Origin: Octopus vulgaris
Lineage: Eukaryota
Reading direction: 5' to 3'
Length of the DNA stretch: 64,000 bases
NCBI GenBank assembly: GCA_951406725.2
Contig: OX597816.1
Span: 106,640,001 to 106,704,000 of the forward strand
A program made the translations under genes and the position numbers. Under the pieces are notes generated by a model. That model worked only from the letters and a program-made list of their open reading frames with translations, made no database searches and had not been told where the DNA came from. Every line of letters starts with the position of its first letter. Within the stretch, counting starts at the first letter, position 1. Positions 23,890-37,449 of the stretch are shown in pieces.

Positions 23890-26100
23890 GAAAATGTAAA
23901 AATTCTCCAGTGCAACATTAGCGCTACTAAAAACAGCTTTAAGGACCCAAAAAATTTTATCATCATATATAACATATTTCCATAGCAATAACTCAGAAAA
24001 TATCATTACTACGAGAATACTGAACATTCAACATTCAAAATTATACTCAAATCAGACTGGACATATCCATAGCACAAGGCGAATAATCTTGTTTGATGAC
24101 AAAAATAAACCATGCATTCTATAAACAGATATCACAAATGACATTTTGTAAAGTAAAAGGAAATGACACTTGACGAAAATTGCAGGCTTTGAAAATAAAA
24201 ATTAGCAGCATGAAACACGCACACACACAACTTATATATCACTATCGAACTGATCAACCTTCCCATGGCGTTACACTCCTGACCTACAACACATTCACAA
24301 AAATCATAATTAAAAGAGACTTCGACGCACTTAAAAATCATTGTGGTTTTCAAATAGTACAGACAACAAACCAGGTAACTTAATTGTATTATAGCTAAAG
24401 TACTTTTGCTTCATAAACAATTCACCTTAACAAGCCAACTACAACAATTGTTCACCAACACATTCGCACTTTTTCGAATTTTAGGAAAGCACAATACAAT
24501 GGGTTTCATGAAGTAACAGGGATCTTTACCTTTTGACCTACAGATTTAAAAAATAATTTTTTGTAACTAAACATTTCAAACTTCGGACACTGGTAGAATG
24601 TGTCATATAAAACATCTTTTACTCTTAGCATTTTTGAGAAAAACCTGTATTTACAAAATTATTTCACGTTAAAGTTCTCGTATTTCGGTAATTTCAACCA
24701 ATCAGTGACGCGTATTCAGCTAAATAAAATTACTGGTGTTGTTTGTCAACAAGAACTTCCGGCGGTGTATATTTCGTTTGTCACTGTTATTTACGACAAC
24801 CCTAACCCTAAAACCCTAACCCTAATCCTAAAACCGTAACCCTAAAACCTTAAAACCAGTACAAACGCACGAACGATGTCATAAATAACAGTGACAAACG
24901 AAAAAACCACAGCCGATAGTTGTTATTGACAAACAACGGCAGTAATTTTATTCAGCTGAATACACGTCATTGATTGGTTGAAATTACCGAAATACGAGAA
25001 CTTTAACGTGAAATAACTTCGTAAATATAAGTTTTTCTCAAAAATGCTAAGAGTAAAAATTGTTTTATATGACACATTCTACTAGTGTTCGAAGTTTGAA
25101 AGTGTTTAGTTACAAAAAATTATTTTTTAAATCTGTAGGTCAAAAGGTAAAGATCCAGTAACAGAATCAAGATTTTCAGTATTCAACAGCACTACACTCT
25201 GGTTAATCCATATTACACGGTAAGTAGGATTGTTCATTTTTACCAGCTGAGTGAACTAGAGCAACAGGAAGTTAAGTGTTTTGCTCAAGAGAGCACAACG
25301 CATCACCCAGTCCAGGAATCGAAATCATAATCTTATAATTAATCATGAATCCAACAGCCTAACCACTAAGCCATACGCGCCTCCACTACAGAACATAAAT
25401 TCAGTAATATAATTATAGATGCATCCCAAAAACATATCCTACAAGTCAACATAGACACACAGCACCAATGATATACCAGAAATAGTCAAACTCATAAAAA
25501 ACAAAGACAACCTCAAACACAATACACCAAAACTGCAGACAACCGAAATAGAACTCGGCATCAACAATTAAACAAGAAATAACAAAAATAATAAACTACA
25601 GAGAAACAGAAAATTGGCGAGCATTTGTATTCAACATAAACCATAAAACTAACAATAAAATGCTATTGAGAGTAATTAACACATCAGCAGTAACAACGGC
25701 TACATCACAAGGTTGCAATAACAGTCTCAAGTAATATATCCACAAGAAAACGCCCATATTAGATATTTAACAAAAAAAATCAACCACAAAAATCCTCATA
25801 AAGAAAACGGGAACTTAAAAGGGAAAATATGCACTTTCTATCTGGATCATGATTTTGGGCCCTTTCCTTTCATTAGACACTCAAAAGCAATAGGGAAATA
25901 TGTAAAGAAAATCTCATAAGCCCAATAAAACCACAAACATCCAACTGAAACACCTACAACCTGCATCTATTAACATCTACAATTATATGCACCAACACAA
26001 TCAAATTTTCCGAACCTGATTGTTAGGACAAATTATAACACTTCTAAAATTCAACAAACCATCCAAGTGAACTAATATCATAGTGCGCCCATCTTACATT
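23890..26100 (+). mobile_element. Very degenerate I/jockey-like LINE (AP endonuclease region), interrupted by a MITE and a SINE
   Basis: VKILQCNI and IIIKRDFDALKNHCG (cf. ILQWN, IIxGDFNAHxxxWG); strong A-rich strand bias. Confidence 0.4.
24520..25156. mobile_element. Foldback MITE (Merlin-like) with ~280 bp inverted arms and a telomere-like spacer
   Basis: Ends GGATCTTTACCTTTTGACC / GGTCAAAAGGTAAAGATCC; perfect 8 bp TSD AGTAACAG at 24512-24519 and 25157-25164; CCCTAA/CCCTAAAA units at about 24799-24857. Confidence 0.9.
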
Positions 26101-27203
26101 CACTGAAGTTTTATCTTCAAACAATGAATTATTCTCGGAAAGGAAGGGTTATGTAATCTAATTGAGTTTATTTCTTTAAATATATTCAGTTAAGTTGTTA
26201 TAACTGTTATGTCTTTCAGTTTTAACACTGATGTACTTTGGATATTTGAAGAAGTAAACAAAGATGTTTTTGATTTTCTTTTATGGTATTACAGTTTGTT
26301 TTTTTATATCCTTTTACTGAAAAGCGACCTCTTTTAAAAACTTCGTGTTTTGTCTTTTACTTAATTGTTTGTAACTTCGTTAATAAATTATATAAAACCT
26401 CATAACGGCATTGCAGACTTCAAACCCAAACATTAACTGGTTAGGGTGTTAAAAAGTTGCCTGGTGATGCACACTGGCCATGGATGTTGTATGCATTAGA
26501 TCAACATCAGTAATATATACATAAGATTATCCTTAGATTGGGAGAAAAAGTGGAAAAGGTTTCTTAAAAAAAATATGTTGTGTAATAGTGGGAGGGTGTG
26601 TCAGGTATTGTGGAAAAAATACATGATAAAACAAATAAAGAGGAATTCGTGGAATAAGTCAATGTTAGAATGCTTAATCGGGAACTGGTTTATATGTTCA
26701 AGATCTTAACAAGTACTTGTGAAAGTAGTAACATTTAGTAAAATATTCCGATCTTGTTTAGATAACCGGAATTGTTGACGTTATTCAACTTTTTTTTTTT
26801 TCATTAGCTGTACTGAAACATGCAACTTGTGTATAGCTGAGAAAAGTTTAGTTTTGAATAACATCAACAATTCTGGAAATTATCTTATCACAAGATCTGA
26901 AATATATTTTTGCAAAATTCTGCAACTTCTACAAGTTGTTAATATGAAAGTCAATACCAAATGGTACCCTGTTGTTTTCACAAAACCTCTTTCAAGACGG
27001 TGCCCCGATATGGTTGCAGTTCAATGACTGAAACTAGTAAAAGATAAACGATTACGGTCGAATTTGATTTAGAAGGGATACCAAAGCAGTGATTCGTCAA
27101 GTAGAAAATGTTTCGTCATAGGTATGTTAAAGTTATTTGACAGAAAAACATAAATTTTGAGAGTAAAGACGAAATCCTTAACAAGAAACAGTAACACAAA
27201 ATA

Positions 27204-27531
27204 TAGGCATACTTCTCCTTACGTCCGTAATTGGTTCCAAGACGTGATTTAACTTTAAAAAACCACGTAAAACGAAAATACATGATAAAAAATCTATTAG
27301 CTTATATCTATTACAATAAATGGTTTGCACATATTTGATTTTTGACAACAGTAACGTTTTTAAGGGGGGGGGGGGTGTTTTTTGTATTTTTAAATATGTT
27401 CAGTGAGAGCGACATAAAGAAGGATAAATCGACTGACCTTCAAGTTTATTTTTCCATTAATTTCGTAAAAGAAAAATCGACGCAAAGTCGAAAAGACTTA
27501 ACTAGAAATGACATAAGCTGAGGTATGCTTG
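27204..27531. mobile_element. Tigger/pogo-like MITE
   Basis: TA|TAGGCATACTTCTCCTTACGTC ... GACATAAGCTGAGGTATGCTTG|TA; resembles the CAGGCATACCTC TIR with TA TSD. Confidence 0.7.
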
Positions 27532-29369
27532 TAGTAGCTGAATGGTTGCAGTGCTTGCAGATGTATTCCGTTTCGTGAGGTAGCTGCAGAGATGCCAGAA
27601 AACCGTTAAAAAAAAAACGTAAAAAAGTAATTATAAAAATTTAGAAAACCCCAGACATTTGTTACTTAGCATCAATGCTACTCGCTACCACTGAAAAAAG
27701 AGCGATGCTATCAGTAGATGTCGAAATCGTTGTGATCTCTAGTCGACAGCTGATGATGGAATGCCCTGCAATACAAGCTATATAAAAATAATACATTCAG
27801 TAACTGATTAATTCACACAAACACACACACACAAGCAAAATGCATTTTCATTTCTGTGCATTCTTTAAAGTGAGTGTATTATTCCTACAATCAGTACAAG
27901 AAGCAATCAGATTTTTCATCTCACTCCTCCTCACCACACAAAATAGATCAATTGCTTCATTTTCGTCTGTATACATTTCTTCTTATTAAATATCATTGCT
28001 ATGACAATGAGTCAATCGATTAATACACATCACAATTCAAGATATATACATATATATATATATATGTGTGTGTGTATATATATAAAATGTATGTATGTAC
28101 GTATGTACATGCTTATACATATTCATACATATGTATGCACAAATATATATGTGTGTGTATACATACATGTATGAGTGTGTATATATGCATATATACAATA
28201 GTGTATGCACGCGCACGCAAACACACACACACACACACACACACATACGTATGTATTTATGAGATGAAAGCTAATTTCTGCTGTTTTCTCCGAAAAGCGC
28301 TACACGATCTTAATGTTTATCAATTTTATCTGTATATGTTTAGCCTTGTCACACCGTCTGCTTTTTCTATTTATCGCTTCTTTGATGTAACGTTTTTTTT
28401 TTCACAATAAAATTTAGTTATATACTCTGTTATTTGTGAAATCTGACTTCCGCCATCACTCTCTTCACACAGTCACACATACATTTCTATATTTCTTTCA
28501 AATTTTTACTCACAATTTATTTTAACCCTCTCCTTATCAGTTTTCTCTATATCATTCTATATTACTCTTTTTCTCCTTTATTTATTCTATTTCCATTCTG
28601 TCTTTCCTTTTACTCTCTTCCGCCATTTTATCCCTCACTCCTCCTTCCTTTCTTTTACATTCTCTTACCCAATTATGTCTTTCTCTTTCTCTCATTTACG
28701 TAGATTTTCGCCGCTATTTCATCTGTATATTATCCTCTTTCTTTATTTAATCTCTCTCGCCATTCTACTTCTTACTTCCATTATTTCCTCATTTCTGTTC
28801 CTCTTTCATTAACTTTATTCTGTCCAAATTCCGTTTTTCTTTTTTTCCCCCCTTCTTTAACTCATTCTCTTTTCTCTCTGCTGTTTCTTTTCCTATTCAA
28901 CCTTTCTCAATTTTTGTCTTTCCTATACTTATCCCCTCCCCTTCGAGCATTGCTTTTCATATTCACCTACTCACTCATTTTTAATCTTCATTTTCTATAT
29001 CTTTATTTTTAAATATATATATTTTTAATGTTTTCCTAATATTGATTACATTAATGTTATTATTATTATAAAAATTTTAAAGATTTTATGCTATTTTATT
29101 ATCTTCATATATTTTTTAATCTGATCCCGATGTTAAAAGTATGATTTGTCACCAAAAAATTCCGATAAATCAAACGCAAATTTCTCATTATGAAACGTAA
29201 AAAAAAAAATCATAGCACGAACTGTCAACTTTATTTTTACGAAGCTTGCATAGGATTTAGTTCCCACCCATGCACACATGTGTGTGTATTACATATATAT
29301 ACACATACATATATAGGTATGTGTATATACATACGCATATATAGGTGAGTAGGAGTGTGTGTATGTATG

Positions 29370-29413
<44 letters not shown>

Positions 29414-29435
29414 CACACACGTGTAGGTGATTGTA

Positions 29436-29470
<35 letters not shown>

Positions 29471-30154
29471 GTATATGTCATCTTCAAACATCTGAGAGTA
29501 GGGAACAAAGTGTGTGAAGGAAGAATAAATAGACATCAAGAGAAAAGTTTCATAAAATGAACAGAAACATTAAAACTTAGAAATATCAATATGACGGAAG
29601 CTGTCTGCAGTACAGCTCGCGTCCACACACCCGCGCGCGCACACGTAGACTTTGTAGATGTGTGTGTGTGTGCGCGCGTATGTACATATACATACACACA
29701 CAGATACGTGGCTTGCATTTATATGTATGTATATAGTTGTGTTTGTATATGAGAGAGGAGAGAGATTAAAGGAAAACCAGCGCAATGATTTTTTTTTTAT
29801 AATATATATGTTCAATTTTATTTTTAAATAAACGGATAATAATTCCTGGTAGAATCAGTAGAACATAGGTCGTAATTCCCTGCGTTGCTTAGTTTGTTGT
29901 TGTTGTTGTTTTTTAAGTTCAAATCCCGCCGCAACCGACTTGAATTTTGATCCTTCTAGGATCAATGAAGCAAAATGTCTTGTGGTTGTGTTTAGTCCGA
30001 GATGGGCCCTTCATGTTCTGAAATCCATCAGATATTGAAAAATTCAACTTTCCATCATTCTAATGACTATAAAATAAACCAACAACCAAAACAAACTGAG
30101 ACCATTTAATTGATAGATCGGTAAAATGGTTAAGCACGTCGGAAAAAGTACCCA

Positions 30155-30490
30155 TCCATCATTTCTTCTCCACTTGCTATACCTGGGTGGGTCGTTGGAA
30201 TGGAGTCCTCAGACACCTCCTCCATAGGATCCTATTGGAAGTCAATACACTTCCGGATGTGTTTTCAAGCATGACCAATATGTTCTTAGTCTACCCCTAG
30301 GTTTCCTGCCGGCTGGATCGGCTTGATGAATCCGTCTTTCGATTCTTTCCAGCGGCTTTCTAATCATATCTCTGTAGAACTGGAGCTGTAACCTCTCTAT
30401 GCGAAAAAGTAGCGGCTCGACATGAAAAGGCTCTCTGCTCTCTGAGCTACGCACTCTGTCGACGAACGTTACTCAAGAAACCCTTCGGAG
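30155..30490 (-). mobile_element. RTE (Rex3/Expander-like) LINE 3' end
   Basis: RSSESREPFHVEPLLFRIERLQL..MIRKP..PAGRKPRGRLRTYW; ATGGATGG tail. Confidence 0.75.
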
Positions 30491-31397
30491 TCGCGACTTT
30501 TTATGTGCTCGTGAGTTCAAATTCTCTCGAGGTTGACTTTGCTTTTCATCCTTCTGGTGTTGGAATCGATTTCATATTCCTAGAAAGCATCCCATATGTT
30601 AATAAAATACATCTAAGTTTAAGCTTTATACATCGCCTCTAAATTTGTGGTCTTGTACAGTAAATCACTGTTATTATCTCTGAGTGCTCCTACTGAAAAC
30701 ATGGACACCTTGGAAATTTACGTCGCTTTCCATAATTTTTTCCGTTCAAGACATTTTTCGGGAAAAGTGTTTTTAAAACTGTCAGTGATAGTCGTAATTA
30801 TTTCCCTCCCTTCGGCAAGTGAAGAAATACATTTTATGAAAAATGTAAACAACTTTAAGTTTGAAGAGTAAGGGGTGATGGGAGGCAGCCATGACAGTTA
30901 AGGTAGCGGTAACACTAAAGCTGTTGTCTGTCTTGAAACTTTTGCTTGCTAAAGTGAGAAAGAGTCTCTAACTGAAGTTTTTTGGAAGTGTTAACTTTAT
31001 CAACACCAGTAATATAATGATAGAACTGGGGCGAAAAATGAAACTGTTATAGACAACAAAACCGCCATCACCACCAACAAAAACAACACCTACAACTGTT
31101 GTGACATCATGAATAATAATAATAATAATAATGCATTACAAAGTGGAAATGATAAAAATGTAAATATCGATAAGACCAACATCAAAAGGCTGAGAATGTC
31201 AGCGAAACGCCGAACCAAAGATAGTACCGCTACCACTACTATCATTACCGTCATAAACAAGAACTAGAAATCAAAACAATAACAGAAACACCAATGACAG
31301 CGGCAGAAAAAAAAAACTACAAAATAATGGATAAAATATAAAAAGTAATAACAAAAACAACAAATATAGTTTATTTACAAGAGCTACCACTTCCTGA

Positions 31398-31399
<2 letters not shown>

Positions 31400-31439
<40 letters not shown>

Positions 31440-31608
31440 AGTATCGCTTGACAACCGATGCTGGTGTATTTACGTCTCCGTAACTTAGCGGTTCGGCAAA
31501 AGGGATAGATAAGTACTAGGCTTATAAAGAATAAGTCCTGGGGTCGATTTGCTCGACTAAAGGCGGTGCTCCAGCATGGCCGCAGTCAAATGACTGAAAC
31601 AAGTAAAA

Positions 31609-31612
<4 letters not shown>
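31400..31612 (+). mobile_element. SINE family A 3' half
   Basis: Homology to the other copies, starting at the (TG)n tract. Confidence 0.85.
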
Positions 31613-31652
<40 letters not shown>

Positions 31653-32954
31653 GCAGAAGTGAAAAAAAGCACTGTCTAAGAAATTTTAGCTAATTTATAT
31701 TCATATGGATCGTCGCTGTACGAAAAAATTCATTAAAAAAATTCAAATCAGTAAATTTTATAAGAGTCTATCGTTCTCCCTCCTATGAAAAATGCCTTAG
31801 AAACTGGCAGATAATTCAGGTGCAAATCACACCCTAAAATTATCCAAACCAATGCTATATTGAAGCATACAAAACATGAGGATAGTAGTAACAGGTAGAA
31901 AAACCAAAGTATTTCAATTATAGTTGGCACTGACCATCACAAGTTTTTCTAGAAGCCACAAAGTAAAATGTCGCTGCTATTAACATTAGTAGCGAATCTA
32001 CAACAGTCATAGTAGCAACAACAAAAACATCAATAATAGCAACTACATTAAAAACAAAAACGAAAACAGTAGAAATAAAAAGTTTAAAAACCCACACTTG
32101 CATCGTCTGCAAACACATAAGGTATACCCCAATCTCTGAAAGTTATTAAAAACATGAAACTGCCACAAACTTTATGTTGTTGTTGCCTTCCTAGAAACAA
32201 TTCGTTTAGTGACGACGTTGAACCGAAAATTTTCCCTTTGATCAGATCTAAAAGGACAAAGAGCCTCAATATCGAAAAAGTTGGCAGGCCTAATGTCACA
32301 GAGGAGAACGCTGTTAAGTTCTAACGGATCTACCAGATGACGATGAACAACACAAACCAGAAGAGCAAAAACAACAAAAATAGAGAAAGGCAGTAAGAGC
32401 ATCAAGAACAATAAATGTAACAATAAGAACAACGACAAAAACAAAAACTACTTCTGAACTTTCAATTGCAAGAACAACAAAGAGTTAATAGAGTTCATAA
32501 AGTTTCGACGAATACCGGAGCCGTCTCAGTAGCATCATAGCACCCACCCTGGGGAAAATCATTGCACTACCTTGTATACACACGACTTAAGACAGCTGTG
32601 TCCATCGTTTGTCATAGTGTGTAGAGTGAAATCGTTGTTAGTCGATCGATCGTAAAATTTGTCTCCTCTATCTGGTATCTCCGGCAAAAGAGGTATGAGA
32701 TTGCGAGGACCGAGGAGAGACACAGTCCTCTTACAACAACTTTTTCAATTACCACCCGAAAAAGGAGGTTGAGAGTAGAGGGTGAAGAGCGACTCTTCTG
32801 CAAATGGTTCCAGTCACAATTTTAGTTCGTAATTTCTAAGCAATGAGAAGGCACATGATTAAGTGTTGAGGAATCTTTAGAGATTTCTAAGATGTCCTGC
32901 TTTCCCCTTCATTCCTAGCGAATTGTATCCAATGACCCGTTTCAAATACTTGAT

Positions 32955-33560
32955 CGGGTTGCAGACACAACTATATTGGACAGACAAGTATGACTTTGAG
33001 AAAGAGAACCGTTCCACATAAAGAGCAAATCCGTTTCCCGCAATACAGGCAAATTCCTCTCGGTGAACATATAGTAAAATGTGCAGATAACATCAAACCA
33101 AATTTCACAGTCTTCCCCTTCTACCAGTGCAAAGACACAATCTCTCCACAAGAACGTTTAAATAAAGAAACTTTTTTTCATTGAAAAATATAGAACACGT
33201 CTTAATATACACGCATAACCAACTTTTATCTTTTTACATATTTCAATTCACGAGTACATCACTGTACAAAAATCTCCTCACTAAACAAGTTTTTCGAAAC
33301 TTGTTTTTAAATCTGTACAAAAATATTCCCCTCCCCTTACCGAAAGGTGAACAGTTATCTCCCTTGCCCACAACAGTAACAATAATAACGATAACCAATT
33401 ACCTCCTCCTTATTTTTCTACTTGTGAAGTCATTAACTCGTAAATATCATCACACACAACATAGACAAAATTTCTTCTTAAGAAAATACATAGTCAAATA
33501 AGTAAACCATAATATAATGAATAAGCGATAGCGAAACCGGTCGATATATTAAAAATTATA
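32955..33560 (+). mobile_element. Penelope-like element 3' remnant (GIY-YIG C-terminal part and tail)
   Basis: GCRHNYIGQTSMTLRKR..HKEQI..EHIVKC..ERLNKETFF(IEKYRTRLN after a frameshift). Confidence 0.75.
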
Positions 33561-33627
33561 TTAAAACTGTAAAGTGTGCGTATTTTCCGTTTTTAATTTC
33601 TTATATATATACATGTATATATCAGCT

Positions 33628-33992
33628 GCCTGGATTACTGCTTCCAGCTGTGGTCACACAACAGCGTGAAATTAACAGCTAACCTCGAAGCAATCCAGAG
33701 AAGATTCACAAAGAAGATCGTCACTTTGCAACAGCTCAGCTACTGGGAAAGGCTGAAAAAGCTAAGACTCTACTCCCTGGAGAGAAGGCGGGAGACGTAT
33801 GCAGTAATATACATCTGGAAGATCCTGGAAGAAATTGTGCCAAATTTTGCATTGAAAGCTACATCAATGCCAGAACGGGACGACACTGCATAGTGCCAAA
33901 GATTCCAGCAACGCCATCGCGCTTCAGGACCAGTTACTGCAACAGCCTGGGTTTCAGGGGCCCACAGCTTTTTAATATTCTCCCAAAGAGCG
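33628..33992 (+). mobile_element. CR1 LINE ORF2 C-terminal fragment
   Basis: LDYC..LEAIQRRFTK..LSYWERLKKLRLYSLERRRE.Y..IYIWKIL..RGPQLFNILPK. Confidence 0.9.
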
Positions 33993-33994
33993 TC

Positions 33995-34200
33995 TATATG
34001 TTTGTGTGTCTGTGTTTGGCCCCCCAACATCGCTTGACAACCGATGTTGGTGTGTTTACGCCCCCGTAACTTAGTGGTTTGGCAACGTGACCGATTGAAG
34101 AATTACTAAGCTTACAAAGAATAAGTCCTGGGGTCAATTTGCTCGACTAAAGGCGGTGCTCCAGCATGGCCGCAATCAAATGACTGAAACAAGTAAAATA
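33995..34200 (+). mobile_element. SINE family A 3' half abutting the CR1 fragment
   Basis: Homology to the other copies. Confidence 0.85.
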
Positions 34201-34783
34201 ATAAAGAAAATAATAAAATACACACACATATATATTTATATATGTACGTAAATACATACATGGGCATACAAAGGTATATTAAATACCATACAACATAAAT
34301 TATTGATTTATTAAAAACATCTCCGCCGCTACAGGATGTGTCGTTATCACCAGATGGCAATTAAGATGAGGGCTGCATGAGAAGAGGCAATACATCTCAA
34401 GTATTCTCCGAAGTTGACATGGCAATAAGGTAGATAGATACACACACACGCGCATATTCGTAAGTATTGTGTATGTGTATTTATTTTGTTTACATCCGTC
34501 TTGAAGGTAATGCTGCTTATGCTGTGTCCTTTGATGTTTCGTAAACAGCGTTTCGACAAAGAAATCGATAAAATAAGTACTGAACTGAAGTAAGTATTGG
34601 GGCTGTTATGATCAACTTAAAAACTATTGAGGTCGGTGAAGCAGCTGGTCCACAGTTTGGTAAATGACTGAAATACAGTGTGCGCACACGCAGACACAGA
34701 AAAATAGATGCACCGTGAGCGCGTACATTCCTCCCCTTCTCACTCTATCTCCAACATATACAGATGTAAAAATGTGAGTCGAC

Positions 34784-35218
34784 ATGCAGTTTACGGTCGT
34801 AAATTGTCCTAAAAATAATGAATGTAGACTGCGAGATAAACTGGAAGTGACGACAGTGAAATCTCAGTTTCATGTAAATAGTCTATGTGATATAACAAAT
34901 GAACGGAACGTACATGTACTTAATATAACATGAAAGTCATACGTATATTTTATATACAGATATAAACAATCACTGTTTGAAAGTCATACGTATATTTTAT
35001 ATACAGATATAAACAATCACGGTGTAACTGAACTGCTCCTCTAGAAATACTTAACACATCACTATAAGGTTCTGTACTTGTAGGGACGCGGAACGATAAG
35101 GGAGTATATGAAATTTTGAGATGTCACTCTTGTCACTTCCAGATTTTATCATTATTTCCTTTCACTTTTTTAGGACAATTTACTTTCACTTCTTTTTTTT
35201 TATGATCGTAAACTGCAT
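34784..35218. mobile_element. Degenerate foldback element with an internal perfect 43 bp duplication
   Basis: ATGCAGTTTACG..AAATTGTCCTAAAAA..CTGGAAGTGAC inverted at about 35105-35218; 34931-34973 equals 34978-35020. Confidence 0.65.
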
Positions 35219-35641
35219 AATAAGCAGGTTCTGTACGTGGAAAGTCATGCTTCAGTGTATGCTTGTAGAATGCGGAGAGACAACTCTGGTGTGTTCTCTC
35301 CAGAGCTAAAACACAGGCAAGGTTATATGGAAGACCAGAAGTTGCAAATGCACAGCTATTGTTTAAAGGGAAGAGACAAGGGCCGATAAAACTCGACACT
35401 AGTGTCGTCGCAGGAGCTACCAGAACCAAGTTGGAACACAACTTCGAACTCTTTTAAGGACTTTAGCTCGATGATACTCGTACGTTTTTATCGATACCGG
35501 AATTATGAAAGGCAAAGTTGACCCTGGTGCGATTCGAACACAATATAAAGGAGCCGGAACAAATAGTATAAGGCATTTGTCTGATGCTCTAACGATTCTG
35601 CCTCCACACATCATACATAAACACATAAGCGCATGCGCACG

Positions 35642-35685
<44 letters not shown>

Positions 35686-36185
35686 GTTCGCAAATAACAA
35701 ATATCAACTATTACAGTTTCAGATCAAGCATTTACGTGCAGTTCTTTTTATTATTATTATTATTAATATTGTTATTTTGGTGGGTGGTCGCCATCAAAAG
35801 CCTTTACGTCTGAGTCAGAACCTATTTACTCCTTTCAATAGTTTTAAGCCTCGAAAGATGACACGTAATCAACAGAGATCAATCAGGATCCATTCGCTTT
35901 GATGTGGTGATATAATGTATTTACCCTCTGCCTCCCACAACCTACCACTTCTTCCTTTTTCATCCTTAATTTTTGTTGTTTTTTGTTTTTTGGGATATCA
36001 TATTTTGCTAAGAGTTGATGATATGCTTCTGATATTCCACACATCTTCTGCATTATACATACAGAAATACATACGAGTGTATACACATACGTAATATATA
36101 TTCACACACATACAGATATATACATATAAGTATATATACATTTAAGTATATATATATATATGCGCGCGTGCATATCTATCTATCT

Positions 36186-36234
<49 letters not shown>

Positions 36235-36256
36235 CGCGCGCGTGCATATCTATCTT

Positions 36257-36307
<51 letters not shown>

Positions 36308-36326
36308 ACAGATATAAATAACACAT

Positions 36327-36357
<31 letters not shown>

Positions 36358-36424
36358 ACACTGTGAGAATGTGCTTGTATGCGTGCGCATGTGTGTAAGG
36401 AGACGGAAGGAAGGGTGTTCTTAC

Positions 36425-36559
36425 GATTTCTTCAACTTCAGAGGAGCAAGCTTTGCCCTCCCGATGTTTGCAATGTTTGTTCTTCCTCTAAGCCGACATG
36501 TTCTTATTGCCGACGCAGCACCAGTCCTTTGATGCGTGCCTTTTGGAAATTTTGAGAAC
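36425..36559 (-). other. Candidate 135 nt spliced exon (5' UTR or unknown coding)
   Basis: TTGACTATCCTTACAG| acceptor, |GTAAGA donor, unique sequence, one open frame. Confidence 0.35.
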
Positions 36560-36779
36560 CTGTAAGGATAGTCAAGATTTTTTTTTTCTGACGAGTTTAA
36601 TTCCTGTGGGATGACTCATAGACGAGAAAATAACGTAAGGAGCCTTATAACGAGTGAAAAACAAAAATTCTTTCTTTCTTTATTATTATATATTTAGGGC
36701 TACAATTCAGAGCCCTGCTAACCAAAAACCAATGAATTAACTGAAGTTTATTTCATCTTTACCATCGTCACCAGCACCA

Positions 36780-36801
36780 ACACTACTACTACTACTACTA
36801 C

Positions 36802-36837
<36 letters not shown>

Positions 36838-36942
36838 CACTACTACTACTACCACCACCACCACCACCACAACTACTAACACTGCCGCTGCTAATGTAGC
36901 TACTACTACTGCTGTCACTTTCGCTGCTCCTGTGCCACTGCA

Positions 36943-36983
<41 letters not shown>

Positions 36984-36990
36984 CAATAAT
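36780..36990. repeat. (CTA)n(ATA)n(CCA)n compound repeat
   Basis: Directly visible. Confidence 0.9.
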
Positions 36991-37449
36991 AAAAACACTG
37001 CCCTAATCACCATAGAAGAATTCGGTAAGTTTCACAAATTATTGTCAGTTGCGCTTTGAAAGTGAGGACGTGGACATTTTTGTTGACAATATTGTACTGA
37101 AACTAACCCATAATATAGGGGTGTGGCTTTTCCTTTTATCATGGTCCCAATACGAGGCCGTATCCTCGTTCCACCTTGTGTTTTAATAAAAAAACAATCC
37201 ATTTCTTTTTTTTTTTCCCTAAATATTTCGAGGAGATGGGAGAGGGATCAAAAAGCGATTTCAAATAGCAACAAAAAAGAGTTGCAACAATTTCAGAATA
37301 GTTACAAAGAACAACAAACCAGTGTTGCCGCCTTAGCAACTAAAAGCATTGGCGTACTGTCGAAGTCGCTACTACCACTACGACGTTTTCTCATTGTAGA
37401 GACATCATGTGGATAAGAAATCTTTCGCTGCCATTTGCAATAAAGGCGG

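Noticed and set aside
35133-35441. 102 aa minus-strand ORF
   Set aside because: Overlaps a foldback arm; no recognisable domain
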